From Thermodesulfobacteriota bacterium (GTDB taxonomy: Bacteria; Desulfobacterota_D; UBA1144; Nemesobacterales; UBA2774): DNA of 64,000 nucleotides. The notes below the pieces were generated by a model. That model was not told where the DNA came from. It made no database searches and worked only from the letters and a program-made list of their open reading frames with translations. The stretch's first letter is position 1; every line of letters starts with the position of its first letter. Both the position numbers and the translations under genes were made by a program. Where the stretch lies: positions 32,001 to 96,000 of the forward strand of contig OZ244197.1 in NCBI GenBank assembly GCA_965216785.1, given 5' to 3'. Below, in pieces: positions 52,208 to 61,062 of this stretch.

Positions 52208-52549
52208 ATGATAGTAGTTCAGATTATTAACTTTAACTTAAGCGGTATGAGTGAGACGGAGTATGAGCAGACCTGTGATAATTTAGCCGGCTCATTCGCT
52301 GAGGTTCCAGGACTTCTGGCCAAATACTGGCTATCTGACCGGGCCAATAACAGTTACGGCGGGGTGTATTTATGGGAAGACCGTACGTCGCTTGAGCGTT
52401 TTACCCGCTCAGAGCTTTTTAATAGTGTTGCCACTCATCCCAATCTGGTAAACATCTCTTCACAGGTATTCGATGTGCTGGAGGGCCCTACCCGAGTTAC
52501 AAGGGGCTTTGACGCTGTAAGCGCAATTGAAAAAGCCCGTGCGGTTTAA
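52208..52549 (+). CDS. YdhR-family putative monooxygenase
   Basis: F..VPGL..KYWL.D......GGVYLWED. Confidence 0.8.
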   Translation: MIVVQIINFNLSGMSETEYEQTCDNLAGSFAEVPGLLAKYWLSDRANNSYGGVYLWEDRTSLERFTRSELFNSVATHPNLVNISSQVFDVLEGPTRVTRGFDAVSAIEKARAV

Positions 52550-52576
52550 GTACAAAAAACTCAAGGAGGTGTACAA

Positions 52577-52852
52577 ATGAAATTTATAGCGGTCCATCCA
52601 CTAAATAGTCCTATAAGAGAGGACCAGATTACCGACGCAGCCAGAGCGTGCAGGGCGGAGAACAGTAACAACGCCTGCTGGATAGACAGCTGGACCCAGC
52701 TTAACGACGAAGGAGAGATCACAGTTATCTATTGTCAGTACGACGCAAAGGACGCAGAATCCGTAGCAGATCTTCTTAAAAAGGGAGCACCAGACCTTCC
52801 GGTCGAGGGTATATACCTTATGGGTAAGCTCGAAGCAGAAAATTACAGGTAA
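52577..52852 (+). CDS. DUF4242 (SCO4226-like) protein
   Basis: MKFIAVH...W.DSW....IYCQYDA.DAESV......LPVEGI. Confidence 0.65.
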   Translation: MKFIAVHPLNSPIREDQITDAARACRAENSNNACWIDSWTQLNDEGEITVIYCQYDAKDAESVADLLKKGAPDLPVEGIYLMGKLEAENYR

Positions 52853-52861
52853 AAACAGTTC

Positions 52862-52892
52862 GGGCGTTAGGTACGTATTGTATCCAACGCCC
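52862..52892 (+). terminator. Stem-loop after the YdhR-DUF4242 operon
   Basis: GGGCGTT...AACGCCC inverted repeat. Confidence 0.5.
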
Positions 52893-52915
52893 TTATACCT
52901 GGGCGAGAAAGTGTC

Positions 52916-52945
52916 TTGAATTAAGAAAATCTAAAGTGATATAAT
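52916..52945 (+). promoter_or_regulatory. sigma70 promoter of the bEBP-STAND gene
   Basis: TTGAAT-18bp-TATAAT with extended TG. Confidence 0.55.
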
Positions 52946-52963
52946 GTCTTAGGGGAGGTTGAC

Positions 52964-55624
52964 ATGCAGCGTTCCGCGGTAGAAAAAAATAAGATCATCG
53001 GCTCAAGCGCAAAGCTTTCTGAGGTCGTGGACTTAATTTTGAAAATCGCCGATACACCGACCAACATACTTATCACTGGTGAAAGCGGCACAGGAAAGGA
53101 GCTTGCCGCAAGTCTACTGCATGAAAAGAGCAGCCGCTCAGATAAACCTTTTATGGACATCAATTGTGCGGCTATACCCGAGACGCTTCTGGAGAGTGAG
53201 CTCTTCGGTATTGAAAAAGGGGTCGCGACGGGGGTTGAGAGAAGAGAGGGTAAAATCGAGCTATCCGCAGGGGGGAGCCTTTTCCTTGACGAAATAGGCG
53301 ACATGAGCCTCGGCGCTCAGGCAAAGCTGCTCAGGGTCCTTCAGGAAAGGAGCCTTAAAAGAGTAGGCGGCAAAAGCGACATCGCCGTTGACCTGAGGAT
53401 AATCGCAGCCACGAACAAAGACCTTCTTTCGGAGATAAAAAAGGGGAAATTCAGAGAGGATCTTTATTACAGGATCAACGAAGTACATATTAAGATGCCT
53501 TCCCTGAGGGAAATACGTGAGGATATACCCAGTTTGTCCGAGCATTTTCTTCATTCACTCTGTCATGAGCTCAATATGAATACACTCCGGTTTAGTGATT
53601 CAGTCCTGGACCGACTATCGAGCTACAGCTGGCCCGGAAACATCAGAGAGCTTAAAAACGAGGTTAAAAGGGCAGCGCTCCTGGCCGATGGCCATATAAT
53701 AGAAGAAAGAGATTTATCTCCAGATATTTTGAATTTCTTTAAAAACAAGGATGCCAGTCAAGGTCTTGTAAGTGAAGCAACTTCGCTACCTCGAGCAGTA
53801 GAAGAGCTCGAAATCCAGATGATAAAGCAAGCCCTAAAATCATGTCAGGGAAACAGGGTAAAGGCCTCTCAGATGCTTGGAATATCAAGGCAGGGACTAA
53901 TAAAAAAGATAAGCAGATACAGGATAGATCAGGGTAGCTCTCAGAAAAAGAAAATTTCAGACCGATTGCTCAAGTCAAGCAAAAGATCGTTTGTCGGAAG
54001 AGCAAATGAGATTAAAGAAATAAAGGATCTAATCAAGTCCAAGAAGTCTACTTACTATGTCTTATTTATTCACGGCATAGGAGGGATTGGGAAGACAAGT
54101 ATGGTTAAGGAACTTTTAAATTCCTTGGACGCTAAGGTTAGTACAATTTACCTTGATTGTAGAGACATAGAGCCGACGGAGAACGGTTTTCTAACATCGC
54201 TGGGTAATGAACTTAATCTCAAGAGCACCAGAATTACAGTAGAGCGTGTTTTAAAGAGTTTGGAGAAGAGAAAGGAAAGAACACTACTGGTACTCGACAC
54301 CTATGAGACTTTCGGACTTATGGATACCTGGCTCAGAAAGACTTTTATACCATCTCTACCTGAGAATTTTCTTACAATAATCATCGGAAGACACCCGCCA
54401 AATAATTCATGGTTTACAAGCTCAGGCCTTGGGACTCTTATTAAGAGTATTGAGCTTGAGGAGCTTTCTTATGAGGACGCGATCAACTTCTTAATACTCC
54501 GTGGGCTTACGTCAGAAGAAGCAGAAAAGACCTATTCATTCGCCCGGGGGCACCCGATGGCTCTTGAGCTAGCAGCAAATTCGGTATCATCAAAACCCAC
54601 TCGAGACATTTCATACAAATCATTCCCTAACATTATTCATCAGCTGACGCAGGATTTCCTGCTGGGTCTAGATAAGAAGACCAGAAAGACGCTCGAGAGC
54701 CTCTCTTTAGTGAGGCGCTATGACGACACCCTACTGAAACACTTACTAAACGAAGACTACGAAGAAGGTATCTTTGACAATCTCTTAGAGCTCCCATTCG
54801 TCAGCCTAACAGGAGAAGGATGCTTGATACACGATATAGTAAGGGAAACTATAGCTCGTGAGCTATCACTCCGTGATCCGAAGAGGTATAAGGATTCGAA
54901 AAAAGCCGCATGGGTATATCTGAATGAACAATCGCTTGCGAAGCACGGTGAATCACTCTGGCAAGCTACTGCCGATTTGCTATACACTATAGAAAACCCG
55001 GTTGTAAGGGATGCTTTCTTTCCTAAAGGTGCAATGGGTTATGTCGTCGAGCCACTATCTCATGAGGATAAAGAGCATGTAATTGATATTGTGCGTGAGT
55101 CCGAATCGGGTGAACCTGCCGATATAATTGAGAACTGGCTCACATATTATCCGGGCAGTTTCAGTGTTGTTAAAGATATAACCGGTGAAGTTGAGGCGTT
55201 CTTTATTTTATGCGAGCCTAATGAGATCGATAGGAGCCCTTTATCTGAGGATAAAATACTCGACGTTTGGTTTAAGCACTTGGAATCTAATCCTCTAGAT
55301 TCCACAGACAAAGCGCTATTTCTAAGGAGGTGGCTCAGTAGAGGACATGGTGAAGGTCTTTGTCCTGCACAAGGAGCTTCATGGCTCGACGTTAAGAGAA
55401 ACTACATGGAGCTTAGACCTAAATTAAAAAGGCTTTATACAACACTGACTGATTTAGAAAACTATAAGCCTGTCGTATTACCGTTAGGTTTTTCTCTTTT
55501 AGATAGTTCAGAGATTGAGCTCGAAGAAACAACTTACTATTCCGCCATTATTGATTTCGGACCGGACAGCGTCGACGGATGGCTCAGAAAACTTATCGGT
55601 CTTGAGCTTGGTATTGGTCAGTAA
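52964..55624 (+). CDS. sigma54 enhancer-binding protein (AAA+, Fis-type HTH) fused to a C-terminal STAND NTPase
   Basis: GESGTGKE, ESELFG..KGVATGV, FLDEIG, WPGNIREL, HTH GISRQGL; then FVGR..E, GIGGIGKT, LVLDTYE, GHPMAL. Confidence 0.85.
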   Translation: MQRSAVEKNKIIGSSAKLSEVVDLILKIADTPTNILITGESGTGKELAASLLHEKSSRSDKPFMDINCAAIPETLLESELFGIEKGVATGVERREGKIELSAGGSLFLDEIGDMSLGAQAKLLRVLQERSLKRVGGKSDIAVDLRIIAATNKDLLSEIKKGKFREDLYYRINEVHIKMPSLREIREDIPSLSEHFLHSLCHELNMNTLRFSDSVLDRLSSYSWPGNIRELKNEVKRAALLADGHIIEERDLSPDILNFFKNKDASQGLVSEATSLPRAVEELEIQMIKQALKSCQGNRVKASQMLGISRQGLIKKISRYRIDQGSSQKKKISDRLLKSSKRSFVGRANEIKEIKDLIKSKKSTYYVLFIHGIGGIGKTSMVKELLNSLDAKVSTIYLDCRDIEPTENGFLTSLGNELNLKSTRITVERVLKSLEKRKERTLLVLDTYETFGLMDTWLRKTFIPSLPENFLTIIIGRHPPNNSWFTSSGLGTLIKSIELEELSYEDAINFLILRGLTSEEAEKTYSFARGHPMALELAANSVSSKPTRDISYKSFPNIIHQLTQDFLLGLDKKTRKTLESLSLVRRYDDTLLKHLLNEDYEEGIFDNLLELPFVSLTGEGCLIHDIVRETIARELSLRDPKRYKDSKKAAWVYLNEQSLAKHGESLWQATADLLYTIENPVVRDAFFPKGAMGYVVEPLSHEDKEHVIDIVRESESGEPADIIENWLTYYPGSFSVVKDITGEVEAFFILCEPNEIDRSPLSEDKILDVWFKHLESNPLDSTDKALFLRRWLSRGHGEGLCPAQGASWLDVKRNYMELRPKLKRLYTTLTDLENYKPVVLPLGFSLLDSSEIELEETTYYSAIIDFGPDSVDGWLRKLIGLELGIGQ

Positions 55625-55652
55625 AATTAATCTAATTTATTATTGGATTAAG

Positions 55653-55698
55653 CAATTAGGGTATAGCGTGTAATTCTCAGCACGCAATACCCTAATTG
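55653..55698. terminator. Long inverted repeat between convergent genes
   Basis: CAATTAGGGTATAGCGTG...CACGCAATACCCTAATTG. Confidence 0.65.
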
Positions 55699-55706
55699 TT
55701 AAATTA

Positions 55707-55988
55707 CTACCTGTAATCTTCACCATATACCTCGGCTATCTGAAAGATACCATCAGATGGCGGCAGCTCTGGTACGGATGATGAGAGGGTCGCGTGAATG
55801 GAATTAACATCTTTACTGTCCCACTCACAAAAAACTCTCGACACTTTTCCGTCATCAGTCAACTGAAGCCAGCTCCTGACCCAGTAAGCATCAGTGCTGA
55901 GGTTGGCCTTGCACTTTTGTGCAATCGGCACAACGTCCTCGCCGTTTACTGGTGGGTTAACCGGGTGAATAGCTATATATCTAGGCAT
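55707..55988 (-). CDS. DUF4242 (SCO4226-like) protein, paralog of 52577-52852
   Basis: MPRYIAIHP...WVRSW...GKVSRVFCEWD...LP.SDGI. Confidence 0.65.
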   Translation of the reverse strand: MPRYIAIHPVNPPVNGEDVVPIAQKCKANLSTDAYWVRSWLQLTDDGKVSRVFCEWDSKDVNSIHATLSSSVPELPPSDGIFQIAEVYGEDYR

Positions 55989-56030
55989 ATACTTATACCT
56001 CCTATTAGGATTTAATAATTTAGATTTCGA

Positions 56031-57134
56031 TCAATACCGAGACATAATATTCTCATGAAAACTATTCATAGCTTTTATAGGATCAGGCACAGGGGCTATC
56101 ATTATCTGATTTATACCCTGTGACTCCATCCTTTTAATCGTGTCGATGATCTCGCTGCTGGTTCCAACGAGAACTGATGCTTCTATCATCTCCGGCGTGA
56201 GCACATCGTTAAATTCCTCGTTCCAGAAAAAATAGTTACTGTAGTAGGCAAGGTGTCTTCTTTCGGGGTTGTCCAGGTCTGAAGGATACGCGTTTGTGAA
56301 TTTCATGACCCCGTCCCTTAAGCTCTCAGGAAGCGGCTCGCCCGGAGTTGTACCTGTGTTTTTCCCGTGGTTTTCAAGTGACTTCGCGAGTATATTCAGA
56401 CATACAGAGACCATAGGTCCCAGCTGATGTCTGACTGATTCAGTTTCAAGAGATTCGCCTTCATCCAGAATATAAAAAGCGCTAAGAACCATGGTATATA
56501 TGTCCTCAGGGTTTCTTCCTGATTTCTTCGCGCCCTTTCTGATTCGCTCCATACAATAATCTATGTACTCCTCGTCTATCGCCCCAAGAAGCATTACACC
56601 GTCCGCAAGCTCTCCGGCAAGCTCAAGAGTCTTTGGTCCGCTTCCGGCCATAAATATTGGTATTTCGTCTTTGGTATTTATAAAGCCCATATCTGGACTC
56701 AGGAATTTAACAGGTCTCTTCCTCTCCTGAGATAAATACTTATCCGGGCCTTCACTGTATTCCGCCTCTTCACCCTTGAGCATTTTTCTATATATGCCAA
56801 CGTCATTCCGAAGCTCATCAAGCTTAGCTATCGGCATACCCCAGGCCCGTCTCGCGGTGTTACCGGTACCGATCCCGAGAACACACCTGCCGGGCGCAAG
56901 CTCGTTTAGAGTAGCCATGGCTCTTGCGGTAACTGGAGTCATCCTGGCGCGCGGGCATGTGACGCCAGGGCCAAGCTTTATTTTTTTTGTATTGGTGGCG
57001 CAAAGGGTTAACGTTTCAAAAACATCGCTCCCTATGCTGTCATACGGCATAAAATGTGTGAACCCCTTATCTTCGCCATGGGCCACCCATTGCCATGAAT
57101 GTATATGTGAGGGAAAATGCAATCCAAAGTCCAT
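56031..57134 (-). CDS. LLM-class flavin/F420-dependent oxidoreductase (Mer-like)
   Basis: T.KIKLGPGVT, ATLNELAPGR.VLGIGTG, IPIFMAGSGPKTLELAGELADG. Confidence 0.85.
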   Translation of the reverse strand: MDFGLHFPSHIHSWQWVAHGEDKGFTHFMPYDSIGSDVFETLTLCATNTKKIKLGPGVTCPRARMTPVTARAMATLNELAPGRCVLGIGTGNTARRAWGMPIAKLDELRNDVGIYRKMLKGEEAEYSEGPDKYLSQERKRPVKFLSPDMGFINTKDEIPIFMAGSGPKTLELAGELADGVMLLGAIDEEYIDYCMERIRKGAKKSGRNPEDIYTMVLSAFYILDEGESLETESVRHQLGPMVSVCLNILAKSLENHGKNTGTTPGEPLPESLRDGVMKFTNAYPSDLDNPERRHLAYYSNYFFWNEEFNDVLTPEMIEASVLVGTSSEIIDTIKRMESQGINQIMIAPVPDPIKAMNSFHENIMSRY

Positions 57135-57180
57135 TTTTTAGCACCTCCAAGATTTCTTTTCAACTTCTGTGAATATTATT

Positions 57181-57286
57181 TGCAAGGTGTGTGCCAAATC
57201 TATAACTAGCTGATATCGTTAGATTATATTCTCTAACTTGTCGGAAATACGTAAACTAAATTTACGTATTGTTAACTAGATTTACT
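57181..57286 (-). promoter_or_regulatory. sigma54 promoter with IHF site and tandem UAS
   Basis: Minus strand TGGCACACACCTTGCA (57181-96); IHF-like TATCAGCTAGTTA (57203-15); CGTAAACTAAATTTACG (57250-66) and TGTTAACTAGATTTACT (57270-86). Confidence 0.8.
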
Positions 57287-57326
57287 GTCTGTTGGATAGG
57301 GACTGATTCTTGTCCAGAATGGTCTA

Positions 57327-58859
57327 TCAAATGTTGTATCTCTTCATTTTTTTGAAGAGCCCTTGCCTAGTTATATCAAGGAGCTCAGATGCTTTTTGTT
57401 TATTACCCCCGGTTCTAGCAAGGGCGTCTTTAATCATCTTGACCTCTATTTTCTCGACAACGCTCTTAATAGTTTGAGACGCGTCAAATTCCTCTAATGA
57501 TGGTGTACCGTCTTCTCCACTATCTTCTAATATATAGTGAGAAAGGTCTTCTTCTTGAATCACATCTCCTGAAGACATTATAATCGCTCTTTTCATTTCA
57601 TTTTCTAGCTCTCTTACATTACCAGGCCATGTGTATCCTTGAAGTCGCACAAGAGCGTCATTTGACAGACTTAGGGGCTCTCGAGAATATTCTTTAGAGT
57701 ACTTTTGTAAAAAATATTTGGCTAAAGTTTCAATATCTTCTTTAATGTCACTGAGAGAAGGCATTTCAATATGTACTACGTTTAAGCGGTAGAAAAGGTC
57801 CTCACGGAATGAATCTTTTTTGATCGCCTTTTTGAGATCCTTGTTTGTCGCCGCTACAACTCTGATGTCTACGTTAATCTCTTTCTTGCCGCCTAGCCTT
57901 ATAACTTTCCTTTCCTGAAGAGCTCTCAGGAGCTTAGCCTGTGCCGCCAGGCACATATCCCCTATCTCATCGAGGAACAAGGTACCGCCGTTTGCCATCT
58001 CAATCTTTCCTTCCCGTCTATCAACTCCGGTGGCGACACCTTTTTCAATTCCGAAAAGCTCGCTCTCGAGAATTGTGTCAGGTAAAGAGGCACAGTTTAT
58101 ATCAATAAAAGCCTTGTCTGAGCGGAGACTGTTATAGTGAATCATTCTGGCTGCGAGCTCCTTGCCAGTCCCGCTTTCTCCAGTTATCAGAACATCCAAA
58201 GGGCTCGATGCTATTTTTTCAATCAGTCTGACCACTTCAGCAATCTTTGGACTTGTACCCACTAATTCATTTATAAAAAACTTCCCTTCACTCCTTTCTC
58301 TCAGGATTTTGTTTTCGCGCTCCAGGCTTTTCTTTGATCCCTCAAGGTTACGTATGTGCTTTGCGTTTTCGATTGCGACAGCTGCGTTCGAAGCAAAAAT
58401 TTCGAGTATGTCCCTATCATTTGAGGTGAACTTGCCCCCGGTTTTGTTTATGGCTTGGAGAACACCTACCGACCGACCCTGAAAGTTTTTAATCGGAACA
58501 CAGAGTAACGATTTGGTTCGGTATCCCGTGCTTTTATCAATAGCAGGATTGAATTTCTTATTTTTGTAAGCGTTGTCTACAATTACAGATTTTCCTGAAA
58601 CAAATACCTCCCCTGCTATGCCATCATTGGAATCGAAGCGAACTGTCTCATTTGTACCGAGCGCAATCTTAGACCAAAGCTCATCTGTGAAGTCATCGAA
58701 TAGAAAAAGCGTCCCCCTGTCTGCTCCTACGATTTGTGCTGACTCCTGCACAATGAAGTCAAGAAGCAGATCGAGGTCTTTCTCCGCCCTCATCATACTC
58801 CTAAGGTTATAAAGGCTTTGATATTCTGTTTCCTTATTTATCATTTCATTTTTAGACAT
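57327..58859 (-). CDS. GAF-domain sigma54 enhancer-binding protein
   Basis: GAF (GIAG.V...FN..ID..TGYRTKSLLCVP...QAINK...F...D), GESGTGKE, GVATGV, WPGNVREL, Fis HTH DITRQGL. Confidence 0.9.
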   Translation of the reverse strand: MSKNEMINKETEYQSLYNLRSMMRAEKDLDLLLDFIVQESAQIVGADRGTLFLFDDFTDELWSKIALGTNETVRFDSNDGIAGEVFVSGKSVIVDNAYKNKKFNPAIDKSTGYRTKSLLCVPIKNFQGRSVGVLQAINKTGGKFTSNDRDILEIFASNAAVAIENAKHIRNLEGSKKSLERENKILRERSEGKFFINELVGTSPKIAEVVRLIEKIASSPLDVLITGESGTGKELAARMIHYNSLRSDKAFIDINCASLPDTILESELFGIEKGVATGVDRREGKIEMANGGTLFLDEIGDMCLAAQAKLLRALQERKVIRLGGKKEINVDIRVVAATNKDLKKAIKKDSFREDLFYRLNVVHIEMPSLSDIKEDIETLAKYFLQKYSKEYSREPLSLSNDALVRLQGYTWPGNVRELENEMKRAIIMSSGDVIQEEDLSHYILEDSGEDGTPSLEEFDASQTIKSVVEKIEVKMIKDALARTGGNKQKASELLDITRQGLFKKMKRYNI

Positions 58860-58900
58860 TTTTATCTGTTATTCCGAATATAACATATCACTTAATATAA

Positions 58901-59006
58901 CGTCAACATCGTTTACAAATTGTAAACGCTGTCTACATCAATTTTCTTACCAATAGGTATTTATCCAATGATTCATGGTGTTTAGTGTTTTGGCATACGC
59001 TTTGCG
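58901..59006 (+). promoter_or_regulatory. Tandem UAS plus sigma54 promoter; UAS overlaps the divergent sigma70 -35 of the GAF-bEBP gene
   Basis: CGTCAACATCGTTTACA (58901-17), TGTAAACGCTGTCTACA (58921-37), TGGCATACGCTTTGCG (58991-59006); minus strand TTGACG (58901-06) and TGnTATATT (58877-85). Confidence 0.8.
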
Positions 59007-59041
59007 ATTAGTATTCTCAAAACTTTGAGGAGGTAGTAATC

Positions 59042-59617
59042 ATGAGATATACATGTTTAATTTTGAGTGTTGTTTCATTTATGTGGTGTTCAATGTATGT
59101 GGAGGCCCAGGAAGATAAGTTTTTGACAGATGAGGAAATAATAGAACAAAAACTTGTTGAACCTTGGTCCCCTGATGCAGTCGGAAAAACCCAGTTTCAG
59201 AAACTTATGGATGATACTATTCGTAGAACAGTTGCTTGGAAGTTCATGCAACTTACATTACCTGGTACGGGTCAACATGTTACTAATATTAGAAAGAATA
59301 ACGACTACGAATTATGGACTTATGTCTGGAATAACGGAACAGAATTATCTATAAATCCATTACGTGTACGAGTTGTAGGTAAACCCGGGGAAATTAAATT
59401 TTATAGATCTTGTCGTCGACAAAACTTAACAAACAGTAACAGGATAAGTGTTAGTTTTTCAGATTTCCTTCCTGGTCGAACGAAATACCTATCTGTTTGT
59501 TTCCGTGCAATGAAAAATATGTCAGTTGCAAACTTTAGTGTCAAACTAGGATTGTACGGAAAAATAGATCCTATAGGTAGTTCATGGCTTACCATGAATC
59601 CTAGAGTTTCAGAGTAA
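59042..59617 (+). CDS. Secreted hypothetical protein
   Basis: GGAGG RBS, signal peptide ending VEA, beta-rich mature region. Confidence 0.7.
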   Translation: MRYTCLILSVVSFMWCSMYVEAQEDKFLTDEEIIEQKLVEPWSPDAVGKTQFQKLMDDTIRRTVAWKFMQLTLPGTGQHVTNIRKNNDYELWTYVWNNGTELSINPLRVRVVGKPGEIKFYRSCRRQNLTNSNRISVSFSDFLPGRTKYLSVCFRAMKNMSVANFSVKLGLYGKIDPIGSSWLTMNPRVSE

Positions 59618-59789
59618 AAAGATATTATAAGATGGATTTAGTATGGGTGTGGGTTAGCCCACACCCTTCAAACCGAGAACATATAAATACAATGAATTGG
59701 ATAGAAAAAATATAAGATGGACTAGGTAGATACTGCAGTTTGTTCCAAAAATATATTCTAAGCTCTGCAAAATCCGACGTTGTTTTCAA

Positions 59790-59870
59790 GGTTCCTTTAT
59801 TACCCCAGCTTGCTCTCTCATGGTAAATCACTGTTGCTATTTCTTCGTCTGATAGCTGATCGCTCAAGAC
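59790..59870 (-). pseudogene. Remnant of a cytochrome c C-terminus
   Basis: QLSDEEIATVIYHERASWGN resembles the class I cytochrome c C-terminal helix; no CxxCH and no proper start. Confidence 0.45.
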
Positions 59871-60058
59871 TTATAGCAAACATGCTACGAATCAATACGC
59901 TAAAGTAACCATATTAGGATCTATAGGAGACTCTAAAGACTAAACATTACATTATTCTGAAAACACTCCTTCTTCGCAAACAGATCAAAGCCATTCTTAC
60001 AGTGGACAACATCTAGTATTGAAATAACTTCCTTATAGTAGTTATAATCACTAAGTAA

Positions 60059-60994
60059 ATGAAGCCTTCTATGAAACCTTCTTTTAATCAATTATGCGAG
60101 TGGGAAGAATTAAATAAACAGGGCTTGCTTCCTGAAAACATTAAAATGACGTTTGAGCAGGCACAATATCAAGTGCAACAAGTTATTAATGCTTCAGGTT
60201 TAAGAGAAGCGCTCTCCAAGACAAAATCTCAAATTCAAGAAGTAATAGATACTTCAGGATTGAAAGAAGTGCTCTACGGGGTAAATGCTCAAATGCAAGA
60301 ACTCTATGAAAACATCAAACCATCATTAATACTCCTCGGTGAATTTTACGAACGAAAAAAAGATCATGATGAGAACTATCAAAAAAAATATCCATTAGGT
60401 TATTACTGCTTTAGTAATAAAAGTAGTGATGTATCTTATCGAATACTGAAAGATAAGGTTCGAATGAGAGTAAAAGAATATGGGATATATTTTGATAATA
60501 GAAGGAATTTTAATAGATCCTCTAAAGGTGAATTAGCTGAAACCTTGTTTGAGAATGAATATCTAAAAATTTTTCAAGAAACAAAAGAACTCTATTCACT
60601 ATCTGCAGTCGAGTTTGAGAATGCGGATTTCGGTCTAGATTGTATTAAAAGAATTGATAAGCTTCCTGAAAGAGTACGAAGCAATTTTCGTTATAAACTG
60701 GATAGTTTGAATAAACAACAGTCATTTGAAGAAAATTTAGAGAGAAGATTAGAACTCGAAGCTGAATTGCTTATGTCTGATTCATTAGAACTATCTGAAA
60801 TTATAGAGATTGTAGAAGCAATAGAAAATCTGCCAGATAAACAACAAGAAGCAATAAAGATGTTTTACATTCAGGGGTACACACAAGCAGAAGCGTCACG
60901 ACAATTAGAAATATCAGAACCTAGCTTCAAAGAAAGATTAGATAATGCACACAAAACCCTAAGAAAGAAATTTCAAAATATTTTCGTACAATAA
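60059..60994 (+). CDS. Sigma70 region-4 HTH protein of the mobile element, with N-terminal 20-aa repeats
   Basis: AIENLPDKQQEAIKMFY..GYTQAEAS..LEISE..FKERL..A..TLR; 60-bp repeat starting at 60170 and 60230. Confidence 0.7.
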   Translation: MKPSMKPSFNQLCEWEELNKQGLLPENIKMTFEQAQYQVQQVINASGLREALSKTKSQIQEVIDTSGLKEVLYGVNAQMQELYENIKPSLILLGEFYERKKDHDENYQKKYPLGYYCFSNKSSDVSYRILKDKVRMRVKEYGIYFDNRRNFNRSSKGELAETLFENEYLKIFQETKELYSLSAVEFENADFGLDCIKRIDKLPERVRSNFRYKLDSLNKQQSFEENLERRLELEAELLMSDSLELSEIIEIVEAIENLPDKQQEAIKMFYIQGYTQAEASRQLEISEPSFKERLDNAHKTLRKKFQNIFVQ

Positions 60995-61062
60995 AAATTC
61001 TACCCTAAGAATCGCCCATTTAGGTTACCTATATATATTAGAAGCAGTAATTGGAGGTAATC

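Noticed and set aside
57327-58859. NifA and a nitrogen-fixation regulon
   Set aside because: GAF-AAA-HTH layout is shared by many bEBPs; no nif genes, no GAFTGA motif, and the island UAS is TGT-N11-ACA-like rather than NifA's TGT-N10-ACA
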